Of a stretch of 64,000 nt of DNA, positions 1 through 13,624 are shown piece by piece. Under the pieces are notes generated by a model. That model saw nothing but the letters and a program-made list of their open reading frames with translations. It did not search any database and was not told the DNA's origin. Source of the stretch: Octopus vulgaris (Eukaryota); assembly GCA_951406725.2 (NCBI GenBank), contig OX597815.1, positions 96,844,001-96,908,000 on the forward strand. Direction: 5' to 3'. Each line of letters opens with the position of its first letter. Positions within the stretch are counted from its first letter, which is position 1. A program made the translations under genes and the position numbers.

Positions 1-161
1 CGTTGATGTGCTTCTATGTTTTACAAACTGGGAATCCTCCCTGGATTCTGGATGCATACACACACACATAGACATACAAATGCACACACGCACACGTATA
101 TATACATACACATATATATATATATATATAATATATATATACATATATATATATATATATG

Positions 162-192
<31 letters not shown>

Positions 193-224
193 ATATGTAT
201 ATATATATGATATGTATATATATG

Positions 225-255
<31 letters not shown>

Positions 256-278
256 TTTATTTCTTTTATTTTATTTTA

Positions 279-610
279 TCTAGTTTCAGCTCACGAGCTG
301 TGGCCATGCTGGGGCACCGCCATTTGGTGTTGCTACATGATTTTACTTCACGAATACTTTTTAGCAACTGCCATTTGGTGCATGAGAGAGTTCGATGCAG
401 CTGCCCTCATCTGCACCTCCTGCCGTGAACTTGGTTCATCCGGGACACCTGACAGGAAGAGATTCAGTCCTACTTTAAAGACATCCGCATCCACCCCATG
501 CAGGTCCCTCAGGTTCTTCGGGAGGATATTGAAGAGATGTGGGCGTCTGAAGCCAAGGCTATCACAATATCTTGTCCTACATCTTGATGGCAAATTTGGA
601 GTCCTTGGCA
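279..610 (-). mobile_element. 3' fragment of CR1-superfamily LINE (ORF2 C-terminus plus 3' UTR)
   Basis: Minus ORF 348-620 reads SLGFRRPHLFNILPKNLRDLHGVDADVFKVGLNLFLSGVPDEP...AASNSL, typical of a CR1-group ORF2 C-terminus. It is homologous to 13627-13900 and ends in GGCGGTGCCCCAGCATGGCCACAGCTCGTGAGCTGAAACTAGA followed by an A-rich tail. Confidence 0.8.
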
Positions 611-616
611 ATATAT

Positions 617-697
<81 letters not shown>

Positions 698-705
698 GTA
701 TATGT

Positions 706-865
706 GTAACAACATCTCAATCGTTGACGATTTCCTTCCGTCTTCACTTCTATTGGACTTTCCTCTTTTTCTGAAGAAGAGCTGGAAACGTTAAAGCATC
801 TTTCTTTCATTCCTTGAACGTCTGCTAATACATTACGTGTATTGTGTTTCTTCTTTTTGGGATTC
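706..865 (+). mobile_element. Short PLE/retrozyme-like repeat fragment with degenerate hammerhead motif
   Basis: CTGAAGA-AGAGCTG-GAAAC-GTT-AAAG at 771-796. Downstream sequence resembles the minus-strand copy at 11086-11230. Flanked by microsatellites. Confidence 0.5.
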
Positions 866-907
<42 letters not shown>

Positions 908-2319
908 GTTTGTATGTGTTGTTGCACCACTGTCACGTTCGTAATCCACAAGTTTTTGGTTTGCATGCTTGTGAAGCTCTAGTCTGAAATCTAAAGAAGT
1001 GAAATAGAACTTCCAATACTTCAAGGAATAGTCCAAATCACTCCCTTAGGTCACGTAGTTTACTTTGTTTACTAATAATGCCATAAATGAATTACAAAAT
1101 ATAAGCTTAATATGTTCCTATTTATGAGTATTCACGTAATTGTGTGTTTGCGTATGTTTGTGATTCTGCATGTGTATTCTCATGTATGTGCACATATGTC
1201 AATGAGTGTATGTGCGTGTGTGTGTGTGTGTGTGTGTGTGCGTGTGTGTGTGTGAGTGTTGGTTGGTAGGTTTCTACATGTATGTCTGCTTGTACTGATA
1301 TGTTTTACACTCGTTTTACTTTTCATGTTTTTATTCTGCTGTTTAAGTTTAGAGAAAGCCCAGACAATAAACAACCACATGTTTTCTTTTTTTATCACAA
1401 TGCCCTAGTTATTATACGAATGTAATTCCTTCATCAATGTATTCTTTTTCTTGCGTAATTCACCAGCTGTTGATCAATATATCAGCTTCTGTAAAATATG
1501 TTACATAGTTTGTGTATTAAAGACTAGAAATATTTGTATGAACTCAAAATAAGCTGTCATCATTCTACATAAGGTGTGTTCCTTTTGCTGGCATGCAAAA
1601 AAGAGTTTCTCGGTGAATATTATGCTTGGTGTGTACAGTAAACAATATCTCGTATCGATTCTTCTTATTATCTATCTGTAACTGTAAAGTTGGGTAACAA
1701 TGTTATCATATATTACATGGTATATAATCTGGATAAATATTTACATGATTGAATACACAGTTTTGCAGACTAGCAGAAACACGGAAAAATCTTTTTTTAT
1801 TTCTTATCATGTAAATACTCTGTGTGTTATATTATTAGAGAAAATATTCAATGCTATATATCTTATTTTAGATTTGTAAATCGTTGATGGTATTAAAGAA
1901 TGCGTGAGATCAAGCATAACACAATTTTTAATATCTAAGCCAGACTACTGATACATTGTATGTTTTCTTCAATGTCTGCTTTTCTTTTCTACTCAAATAT
2001 TCGATTGTTAAGTATGCAACTCTATGAAAGAAGAACCGCATGGAACAGGAAATATTAGGCTGTGGATCTTACTTATCTCTCTACCATTGCTTTTCTGACA
2101 GACATAAAATTTCTTCATTTGGTGCTGCTTTACAGGACATTGAACAATACGGTATCTGAAACATGACACATTTCCATATATTCTGGAGACATTATTGTTG
2201 CAAATTCATTCATTAAAACTATTTTCCTTTCAGCGTAAGAACTTCAAGACAAACAGAGAGATAGTGGCTAGATTTTTAAAGAATATTTTTGTAGTTTTAT
2301 ACATCTATACATATATGCC

Positions 2320-2371
<52 letters not shown>

Positions 2372-2547
2372 TGTATGTATGTGTGTTTATCTATGTATCT
2401 ATATCAATCTATATATAGATATAATAATAATAAATGGTAAAACCATAAATGAGTTTTACCAAGTGGTCAGCGCGACGATAAAACCTCGTAGGTAAATTAA
2501 TATAAATATTCTATAATTATATACTTAAAATATAGAATATTTATATA

Positions 2548-2602
<55 letters not shown>

Positions 2603-2669
2603 GTATATATATGTATATGTATATATATGTATATATATATATGTATATATATAAATGTACATATATATA

Positions 2670-2757
<88 letters not shown>

Positions 2758-2878
2758 CATACAGACAAAATAAGCAACAAGAATATCTCCGGTAATTTGG
2801 TGCGATCGGGTTTCACGCTTCATCATTTTATTAAATATTGTAACTATTACAACAGTTTTAAAATGTTGAACAATTATC

Positions 2879-3122
2879 AGCCAATTTGTAGAGGTTTCCC
2901 ATTAATACATATTTTTCATATTAATTGATAACATTATAGAAAAGGTAGATATATAGACAAAGATGTTGATTTAAATTTTAAGATCATTAAGGTAGTAGAG
3001 CTCTACTACCTCAATGTTTTTAAAATTCAAATCAGCATCCTTGTCTATATATCTACCTTTTCTATAATGTTATCAATTAATATGAAAAATATGTATTAAT
3101 TGGATACCTCTATAAATTGGCT
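2879..3122. repeat. 244-bp spacer-less palindrome (122-bp arms)
   Basis: Centre GGTAGTAGAG|CTCTACTACC at 3000/3001. The arms align without gaps, with 9 mismatches by manual count. Confidence 0.95.
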
Positions 3123-3343
3123 TCAATATCCCCAGGTTGAATACAGGAAAAGTGGACAAACCAAAAATTCATAGAATAATTCAGATTTTATGAATCTGGA
3201 TATGTTTGATAACATTTTCTTCATCAGTAGAATATACTGAGTGAAGTAAGTTAAAATATTTTTAGATACCTATACAAATTTACACTAAAAAATGTGAGTA
3301 CAAATAAATATCCACACACACGCACACACACGCACACACACAA

Positions 3344-3426
<83 letters not shown>

Positions 3427-3637
3427 CGAATCGAATTTCATAGTCCCCTTCAACTGTATTTTGTCATGTAAGCAATATGGTCAAAAAGTGTTTTGCGCGT
3501 ATATGGATCTCTTTTCTTTCGGCTTAGTGATTTTAAAAATTACACGTGAAGTTACAAGAAGGGAAGAAACCAGGTCGCATCAATTCTATTTCCAATTCTA
3601 TCTCAGTATGTTCTCTCTTCTGTTTGCATACATACCA

Positions 3638-3733
3638 TACATACACACATATACACATCCATCCATCCATCCATCCATCCATCCATACATACATACATAC
3701 ATACATACATACATACATACATACATACATACA
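3638..3733. repeat. (CATC)n/(CATA)n microsatellite
   Basis: Tandem tetranucleotide repeats seen directly. Confidence 0.95.
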
Positions 3734-4589
3734 TAGATAATCTCTATTCGTGTATAATTTCAATGTTATAGTAAGCTTATTCTTAACAAGTAATATGCAA
3801 CACACGTTTTTGTTTTTAATAATACAGATGCATACATGCATGTTGATGCATTAAGCATTTAAGTTTTTATCAATGTTTATGGCAGACTGAGGATGTTTAT
3901 GACTGCAAATTGCTGATTTCCTCTGGAATGAGCACATCGAATACATATGCTGATTTTCAAGTATAAGCCACACGATTTCAAGTAGTTGATATTTTCTGAT
4001 TGTTTTTATTTTAAAAGGTGTTATAGAATCTTCACACGTGCCATACGAGAATTTTCAGCAGCATGCATGAAGGGAAGTGCCGAGCAACATACTCTATAAT
4101 TATCGATTTATTTACCCTATTTGATAACAATTTTATTACAAATCTTGAACCTGTAACACTCATATCTCGTACACACTTGAAGGCATCGAATGTTCCTGAT
4201 TTATTCGATCAAATCCTCAATCACCACCATGCAGACTTAGTTAGACATCTGTCTGCACATTAACTTAGTTATTATACCAGCTGTTCTTATATTTATGTCA
4301 TGAAAATTACAGACTATATTTAATATATAACTGATAGCTAGACTTAATGTCTCATCAGTTTATTCACTCCATTGAATAGTTTGAAATAAAATGGCTATTA
4401 AAAGTCTGCCAGGCTGCAGTTACAACTCATAGTCAAAAAGAGATCAAGAGTGAGAGCGAAAGAGAGAGATAAAAAGAAGAGAAGAGAGAGAGAGAAAAAA
4501 GAAAGAGACATCGCAAGTGCACCACAAATATAAGCCTTTATATGTATACACACACACACGCACATACATACATATATGCATATACGTAT

Positions 4590-4633
<44 letters not shown>

Positions 4634-4638
4634 CACAT

Positions 4639-4673
<35 letters not shown>

Positions 4674-7600
4674 CATATATACGTGCGTATAAGCGTATGC
4701 ATGTGTATTCGTCAGTTTGTGCGTGCGCGCGTATGTGGGTATAAAAGAGAGAGAGATGGTGAGAAAGAAAGAGAGAAGGGATCGATATCAACTCTAAACA
4801 CATTACTAAGATATCAATTATTTATGATGGCTGATGTTTTCTAGAATGAACTTGGAAAGCCATAAAATGTTTCAGGTCTTACACATAGTTTACATATTTA
4901 TTTGCTTTGCTCAAATTATTCATATGTCTTACATTCCACATTATACATATTATTTATCTGACCTGCTAACTAGGCGCATGTTTTAACATGAATCCTGTTT
5001 TCGTGCGCGGATACTGGCACTCACCCGTGCACACAAACACACACTCGCACACACACAAACAGACAAGTACACATACACACACAAAGACAAACTCACGTAC
5101 ACACACATATGTACATATGTATAAATATAAATATATATATATTCATGGTGGGAGAAGAAGCATTCAGCTATTTCATTTCGATTTCAAAATTATTATTACA
5201 AATATTTCAACCAAGTCACACACACGCATACAAGCGCATGCACATACATTTATAATCAAGCACCACACACACACACAAACCCACATGTACATGTGTGTAT
5301 GTGTATGAGTGTATATGTGCATTGTTGTGAGTGATGCAAAAGGTACACCTTGAGGCACAATACTTTATCAAAATGCATGAGCATGGTTCATCAATTCTAG
5401 ATTCTAAATTGACATATGACAAGGTTATATCATTATGACGCTAAAAGGCTCATGTGCAGTGACAGCACGGCGAATATCAATTAGGAACACAGGAAATGTA
5501 ATCGGTATTTATGTTTTGTATAATGTACACGTATTTGAGAATTTCAGTGAAAGAACAATTACGTGTGCACAGATACCTATTTAAGTGATGAATGCAGCTG
5601 CTACTTATGCACACAAAAAATAGGACCGGTTCGGCAAAAGCGTCCTATAGCATAAGTACAAAGCTGAAAAAAACAGAAAGGAAGAAGTACTGATGTCGTT
5701 TTCTTCGACTAAAATCCTTTAAGGCATCGTTGTGAAGGATTTAATCCAATGAATGAAGCAAATGAAAAAAAAAAAGAAACATATATACACAGATGCATAT
5801 ATCTATGTCTGTGTGTGTGTGTATTTGTTCATAACCACACTTGCAAGTACACCTCGGATGCTCATATGAGTGTTTGTGCGCTTGTGTATCTGTATATTTG
5901 ACTGTAAATAAGAGCATGCATTTTTATACCAGTGTTTGTGCATTATATCTAGATAATATGTATCATATATATCATATATACATATAATTTTGTAAACATG
6001 TATGGAGATGTATGTGCCCACGTTTGTGCTTGTTGCGTTAGGTATACATATTCACACAACATGTAATTCATAGCACAGACAGCAGATTTCATTGTCTTTG
6101 ATGTTCTGATAATTATATAATACTGTAAACATCGGTTGTTATGTCAATGCACTTATTAGTTTTAGGTGCTTTTTCAAAGCAAGATGGAGGCTATGTAAAA
6201 AAGAATACAGCAGCCCTGTATTGTTTCAAATGTAAATGAATGTAATTGTCAGCGACTATTTGTAGCCTAAACTCCAAATTTATAAAAGCATTTTTCTTAT
6301 ATATATTCCATAAAGTTAATCTATTCTATCGCCTAACCTCCGTTACATCGAAGGCGATCCGTTTTTGATTTGTACTTTAATATGTAGTTAAGAATGTTTA
6401 CACAACTATGGGGATGGTCTTTTATAAACATATAGAGTGTTTTACTTTGGTGGACACATATATTCTGCAATATACTATACTTCACTTTTAATTCAATCGG
6501 ATTAATCAAGCTCAATTTCCTTTCCAGATAAATTAGATTAGATGATTAGAGTTAACATTCAATATTTTAGAGAAATGGGAAATAGAGTATCATTTCATGG
6601 TAGCCATTGAATTGCAAAGGAAATGAAATGCAATATTATACTAAATAAATCCTTAATTAAAGAGACACTTTATTCATCTCAGTTATTATTTCTATATAAA
6701 TCGGAATTTATTTGCTACAAAACGTATGAAAGATTTCAATTATTTCAACTGTCATTATATCCATCCTATTATTCTATTTACCAGAACATTTTATATACTT
6801 ATAGTTTGTACCATTAATGATGCCTGTAAATTTATCGATTCGTTAATGTGTTTATATTGCAAAAGAGTGATTCGATAATCTAAATATAGGGGAAAATTAA
6901 TTTCTAACCCAAACATAATGCCTACATAGTTTATAGCAGACGTAAGGCCGACTTAATGGAACATATTACTTAACTGTTAATCATTTTGTTGAAATAGGTG
7001 ATGTTGTGGTACGTGGTAAGGTGCTAAAAGGAAAGATGATAAGAGTGAACAAGAATCTTACCGGCGAAAGGCATGTGATGTTGCTTAGTTAAATTCTAAT
7101 CTGATATTTCTGTATTTTAGCATGAAACAAGAAAGCCTCTTAATTGTACCTATGCTGTATTTCTCATCAGTTTCGGCTTGCAAACTTCACTAAGAAGGTG
7201 ATATGAGCGAGCCAGATCTATTAATTCCTTTTCTATATATTACATGACAGAGTACTGATAATTTAGCATGGCGTAATAATGTTTTTTTATGGATATACAT
7301 ATATACATACTCACATGTTGATATGTGCAACAAACATGCGAAGTCATTTAATAATTATATATGTTGACTCAAGGAGTGATGAGAATAATTCTAGTATTCT
7401 AGGAATCATATACCTTACGTTTCTCAAAGGCCGATCGTCCAAGTGCATTTCTTGAAATGCCAGAAAATTTAACTTATTGAGAGTCTTATAAGATATATAA
7501 AATCACAGACATCATATGACAAAATTAACACACTATGCACACACACATACATACGCACACACACACACTCACACGTACGCACACTCACATATACAGACAC

Positions 7601-7704
7601 ATAAGCACACACATATTCTCGCCGGTGTTGTTCCTGTTGTCTTTCAAGCAACTTCAAAAGCCCGCCAAACAACAAGACGCCACCATCTATAGGCCTATTA
7701 TCCT

Positions 7705-8280
7705 TCCTTAGCGGAAGAATAATACCAGATTGGATGACTAGAGGGAGGACAATACACATTACGAAAGATAAGAGCATGGGTAATACAGCTAGCAACTATA
7801 GGCCAATCACTTTCTTACCATTAGTGTGAAAGCGGTTAACAGGAATACATTCAGAAAGCATTTATGAGCACCTTGACAACCAGAATTTACTACCAGAAGA
7901 ACAGAAAGGTTGCAGGAAGAAGTCTAGAGGAACGCATGATTTATTGTATATAGACAAAGCAGATCTAGATGAAAATCTAGAAAGAAAAATCTAAGAATAA
8001 CATGGATAAATCATGGGAAAGCTCATGATATTGTCCCACACTCATGGATAAGTGAATGTTTGATTATGTTCAGTATAGCAGATAACGTAAGATAATTAAT
8101 TAGCTTTGGCATGAAGAAATGGAAAGTAGATCTATAATCAAGTATCAGACTCTTAGGCAAAGGCAGGGTGTCAGTTCGGAAATAATAATGGAAAAAATAA
8201 CCATTTCCTCTACATGGAAGATCTGAAATTTTCAGTAAGAGGGAAAAAGAGATAGATTCCTAAATACAAACTGTCTTAAC
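7705..8280 (+). mobile_element. Degenerate R4/Dong-like LINE RT fragment
   Basis: Translates as IPDWMTRGRT...ASNYRPIT.LPLV*K.LTG...[33 protein letters not shown] and later KAHDIVPHSWISECL, with stops and frameshifts. Confidence 0.8.
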
Positions 8281-8600
8281 GAAGAAACACGTTAATGAGA
8301 ACGGGTTGTCTCCTTTGAACCATGCGATAAACCAACCCTTATACAACCAAAAAAGCCTAACCAGCAAACAGAGAGATACAGTTTTCCAGTAGGTAGCGAT
8401 TGAAGTCGACACATTTAAGAAACACATTTTAACGACTATTTTAGATACTTTCGAAGTTTTGATTCCTTCCTAACATATTTTTGTCACTGTTAAAGCATTC
8501 AAGCTAACAAAAATAAGATAAGATCTTATAAGCTAAATTTGGTAATGAGCTTCGTAATGTAAAGTTTCCCACTCTATAGATTCAATGTATACTTCAAATT

Positions 8601-8985
8601 GTGGAGGCGCAATGGCTCAGTGGTTATGGCAGCGGAGTCGCGGTCATAGGATCGCGGTCTCGATTCCCAGGCCGGGCGTTGTGAGTGTTTATTGAGCGAA
8701 AACACCTAAAAGCTCCACGAGGCTCCGACAGAGGAAGGTGGTGATCCCTGCTGTACTCTTTCACCACAACTTTCTCTCACTCTTACTTCTTGTTTCTGTT
8801 GTACCTGTATTTCAAGGGGCCGGACTTGTCACTCTCTGTGTCACGCTGAATATCCCTGAGAACTACGTTAAGGGTGCACGTGTCTGTGGAGTGCTCAGCC
8901 ACTTACACGTTAATTTCACGAGCAGGCTGTTCCGTTGATTCGGATCAACCGGAACCCTCATCGTCGTAACCGACGGAGTGCTTCC
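8601..8985 (+). mobile_element. tRNA-derived SINE (family A, tail type 1) with 10-bp TSD
   Basis: tRNA-like head GTGGAGGCGCAATGGCTCAGTGGTTA...TCGATTCCC (A/B boxes). TSD ACTTCAAATT at 8591-8600 and 8986-8995. The head is shared with 12628-12934 and 49030-49320. Confidence 0.9.
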
Positions 8986-10448
8986 ACTTCAAATTATTTT
9001 CACCGAAGGAAGTTGTAGATGATATTGCATTATAATTGTGCAAATTGACCCCATCTTCTGCTGGTGACTGAAAAATGTTTATGCACAGATTCTGATCCAT
9101 GTATATAAATATTAGAAATGAAATGCTGCCGTGATGATTTTTCACTTCATCCGGTGGCTCAGCTAATTCTAAGTGATCCATTCCGTCATACACACAGCAG
9201 GACGCCCCTTTAAAATAAAACTAGTTTAGATTTGTAGTTAACGCTTCATTTCTGTATAACCATGTTGATTTTTCTTTGCTCTTTTTTCTGTATTTCGACG
9301 TAGACAACAACTAAGAATTGTTTTAAGAGAAAGATTTTAACCAATCCATGTACATCTTTGAGCATTTTGAATATTACAAACATTTTACACGCAATTTATT
9401 AAATGCCGGATATTTCAAAAAATATTGTAACATTTAATTAGAAATGTAAGGAAATTAACAAGGATTTTTATGAAAACCAGGAATAAAAAGAAAAATATGT
9501 CTGAGATTCAGGAAACTGTAATACCAGTTAACCCCGAAGACATACAGTCAAACTTTGATTATTAAAAATGAAAGCATATATTAAGTCAATTACAAGTAGT
9601 TTAAATGAGTGAAATACTATCTGTTTATAGAGGATTCCAATATGAACAGAATTGTATAGCAAGAAGTAAATTAGCTACGCTAGCTAGGTTCTAATAAGTA
9701 GAAATTAGCTACATAATTGATAACTGAAGAAAAATTATTGAAACGGAAACGAAAACCGTGTTAAGAATTAAACATTACTCGGTAATTCACGCAGCTGAAA
9801 GAAAGTAAAAAAAAAAAAGGAAAGCATAATGTGCCACCGACAGAGATTAAACATAATTTTTCGAAACTAAGTTGATATAATCCAATTTCTTTTCTAATAA
9901 TAATTGTTATACTTATTAATGACATTTTATTTGGGTTCCATCGAAAAATTAAGTGTCAATGTCATACATAGGACCTACATAATGACGTACGTAGATATAT
10001 ATATATATCTAACAACTCACCATAAAAAAATATATATATGTATATATATAGACATAAATACATACATACATACACACACGCTTACATACACACTTTGAAA
10101 GCTTCTCTACTAGCGTCAGCTACCATCTGCTGCTACACAGCATGAATTCTATTGGAAATACACGTGGAAATCCATTAGTACAAAAATAATTCATTTAAAA
10201 TCCTTATAATAAAATCTATATTAGTAACCGATGGTAAGTACTTGGGTTTTTAAATATTACACATTTTCTTGCGTTAATATGATCCGCGAATAGTTGTGTA
10301 TCTGCACGACTTCAGGTGACTGGGTTCCATAAGACGTTCACCAGCCGATATCAGCTCAGAAACAATTGAAGTAGTTTGGATTGAAAACTGTTTATTCCAA
10401 CCTCTACATACACACACGCACACACACACACACACACATATATTTATA

Positions 10449-10520
<72 letters not shown>

Positions 10521-10619
10521 TTATATATATATATATTATATATATATATATTTATATATATATATATATATATTTATATATACGTATATATATAAATATA
10601 TATACGAGGGTTTAATGGA

Positions 10620-10702
10620 AGACACATCTACGAGGTATCACAGTTTGTGACAAAACTCAAAACCATGTGATGAGGAAGCAAGCCACTAACCTCACAGCTA
10701 TG
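10620..10702 (-). mobile_element. Degenerate SINE head (family B)
   Basis: Reverse complement GCATAGCTGTGAGGTTAGTGGCTTGCTTCCTCATCACATGGTTTTGAG resembles the head of the 12436 SINE. Confidence 0.5.
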
Positions 10703-11085
10703 CATGCGTCGACACACGCGCGCGCTCATACACGCACACACATCCACACACACACAGAAACACAAAAACACAAAAAGAAACTAACACACAAGATATGTGT
10801 GCATGGAAAATACTATGACTCACCGAATAATATTGTTTTTGAATTTTATATCATTGCATAGTAAAATATCTCACCATCCACTCTACAGTAAAGTTTCCAG
10901 CTGTGAAACCTCCTACTGTCGAAGAGACATCAGCCTACAAAATGTCCTTTAAAATTTAAGTTATGAGAAGTACCCACTTCATTTCAACATTCGAAATTAA
11001 TGCAGGCGTTACTGTTGTGGAAATAAAATCAAATTAAATTAGAATGACATCAGCGGAGGTTTCCCAGCAGCCAACAGTGTCTGAC

Positions 11086-11345
<260 letters not shown>

Positions 11346-11827
11346 GCATATATATAATTTCTATGTATGCATATGCATTTAGAAATATATTTTAAAAACC
11401 TGCACTAGTGTCTATGTTATGAATTGCACAGACCTAATGTACATCGTATAGAAGTCCAGTTCGAGAGAGCAATGGAATATAATGGTTATATCCATTCGTA
11501 TCAACTCAAATTGAAAAAGTAGCTGTAACGATGATATTTTGTTCAACTGATGACCTAGTCTTCTACACTTGAATTCGCTTGGAAAACGCCCAACAGTACT
11601 ATGCAACTTATGTCATACACACTTTTACAGACATGTAGTATAAGATGCTATACGCTAAAATAAACTATTTTCGGGTGATTTTGACTGCGAAACGGCCGTC
11701 ATTATATCGATATCCACCGGTGAAATGCATATAGTCATCTTATACATTCTGACTTTCTTTATAACGTGTATGCGTCTCATGAAATAAGATTCGGTAATTG
11801 GATTTAGTTATTGGATTTGTGCATTAA

Positions 11828-11858
<31 letters not shown>

Positions 11859-12435
11859 TGTATGTATGTATGTATGTCCGTATGTATGAATGCAAGGGGC
11901 AATTCTTCTTAAGGATTCCTAAAGTTGGATAAATATTAACGCATGAATTGCTCGACTCTTGAATCTCTCTTGTTTAAGCTAAATATTTATTGTAGAAACT
12001 CACATATACTCAGACACACAGAGACACACACATGTACTCACACGCATATATATATATATATGTAATTCTATATATATATATGTGTGTGTGTGTGTATGTG
12101 TGCGTGTGTTTCTGTGTGTATGTGCAAGTATGTGTGTGTGTGTGAGTATATGTATTTTCCCTAAAGATGCCTAAATGACGCACAATTTAGTAATACTGAT
12201 TTTAATTTGTAAACATCAAATTTCGTATAGTCTATTATGAGGTTATCACGTCTCTGGAAAACAACTAAAATCAGTAAAACACCGGCTCTCGAGCAGTGAA
12301 TTGAAAACCAGTGTAGGTGTGTTATTATTTTCCCTAATAGTTGTTTTTTCATATTCCCTTCACGTAAATATTTCTCCTTACATTTTCTCGGTATAAATAT
12401 TATTTTTGAAGCTTAAACAAACATACGCTCAAATA

Positions 12436-12600
12436 TAGGCATAGGAGTGGCTGTGTAGTAAGCAGCTTGCTTACCAACAACATGGTTCCGAGATTAGTCC
12501 CACTGCGTGGCACCTTGGGCAGATGCTTTCTACTATAGCCACGGATCGACCAAAGCCTTATGAGTGGATTTGGTAGACGGAAACTGAAATAATCCCGCCG

Positions 12601-12635
<35 letters not shown>

Positions 12636-12934
12636 ATCACGTGACCGACCAGACCATTAGATGTTGTTACACATCGCTGGTCACAATGCGTTCGCATTGT
12701 TTTAGCCTTCGAATGACGCCACCCCGCTGGCTAAGCGAGCAGGCCAACAGAAAAAAAAGTGGGAGAAAGAGTGGTGAAAGAGTACAGCAGGGTTCACCAC
12801 CCCTTGCCGGAGCCTCGTGGAGCTTTTAGGTGTTTTCGCTCAATAAACACTCACAACACCCGGTCTGGGAATCGAAACCGCGATCCTGCGACCGCGAGTC
12901 CGCTGCCCTAACCACTAGGCCATTGCGCCTCCAC

Positions 12935-13009
<75 letters not shown>

Positions 13010-13195
13010 TCCGCTTAATTCGCTTGACAACCGATGCTGGTGTGTTTAGGTCCCCGTAAATCGGCAGTTCGGCAAAAGAGCCCATTAGAATAAGTACTAG
13101 GCTAACAAAGAATAAGTCCTGGGGTCGATTTGCTCGACAAAAGGCGCTGCTCCAGCATGGCCGCAGTCAAACGACTGAAACAAGTAAAAGAATAA
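12436..13195 (+). mobile_element. tRNA-derived SINE (family B) with internal TA/TG microsatellite, interrupted by a family A SINE
   Basis: The 5' half (12436-12600) and 3' half (~12935-13195) match the uninterrupted copies at 28938-29395 and 53940-54287. 3' tail GCTCCAGCATGGCCGCAGTCAAACGACTGAAACAAGTAAAAG. Confidence 0.9.
12628..12934 (-). mobile_element. tRNA-derived SINE (family A, tail type 2) nested in (TA)n
   Basis: Reverse complement starts GTGGAGGCGCAATGGCCTAGTGGTTAGGGCAGCGG, ends GGTCGGTCACGTGATCACGTGA, and matches 49030-49320. Confidence 0.9.
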
Positions 13196-13322
13196 GACAA
13201 TCAAAGAATACATACACACACATGCGCGCGCACACATATATTAACGTATGTATAGAGACAAATTACATACATACATACAAACATATGTATATATATGGAT
13301 ATATATATATATATATATACAT

Positions 13323-13370
<48 letters not shown>

Positions 13371-13624
13371 GCACAGACAGGCAGACAGACAAAGACAGTT
13401 AGATAGATACATATATACATACATATATATAAATAGAGCTACACAATTATGTGCATGCGTACACACATGAGAAAGAAATTTCTTCCATAAAATTTAGTGA
13501 AGTTCTAATAAAGAATTTATAACGTTTTTGGAAGATATATATTGTGAGACATCTTTTTTACTTAGTAAAATTGTACCAGATAACTTTACAAAGACTTTTA
13601 TGTATATATATATATATATATATA

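Noticed and set aside
8601-8680. tRNA gene
   Set aside because: It is the tRNA-like head of a multicopy SINE with a body, tail and TSD.
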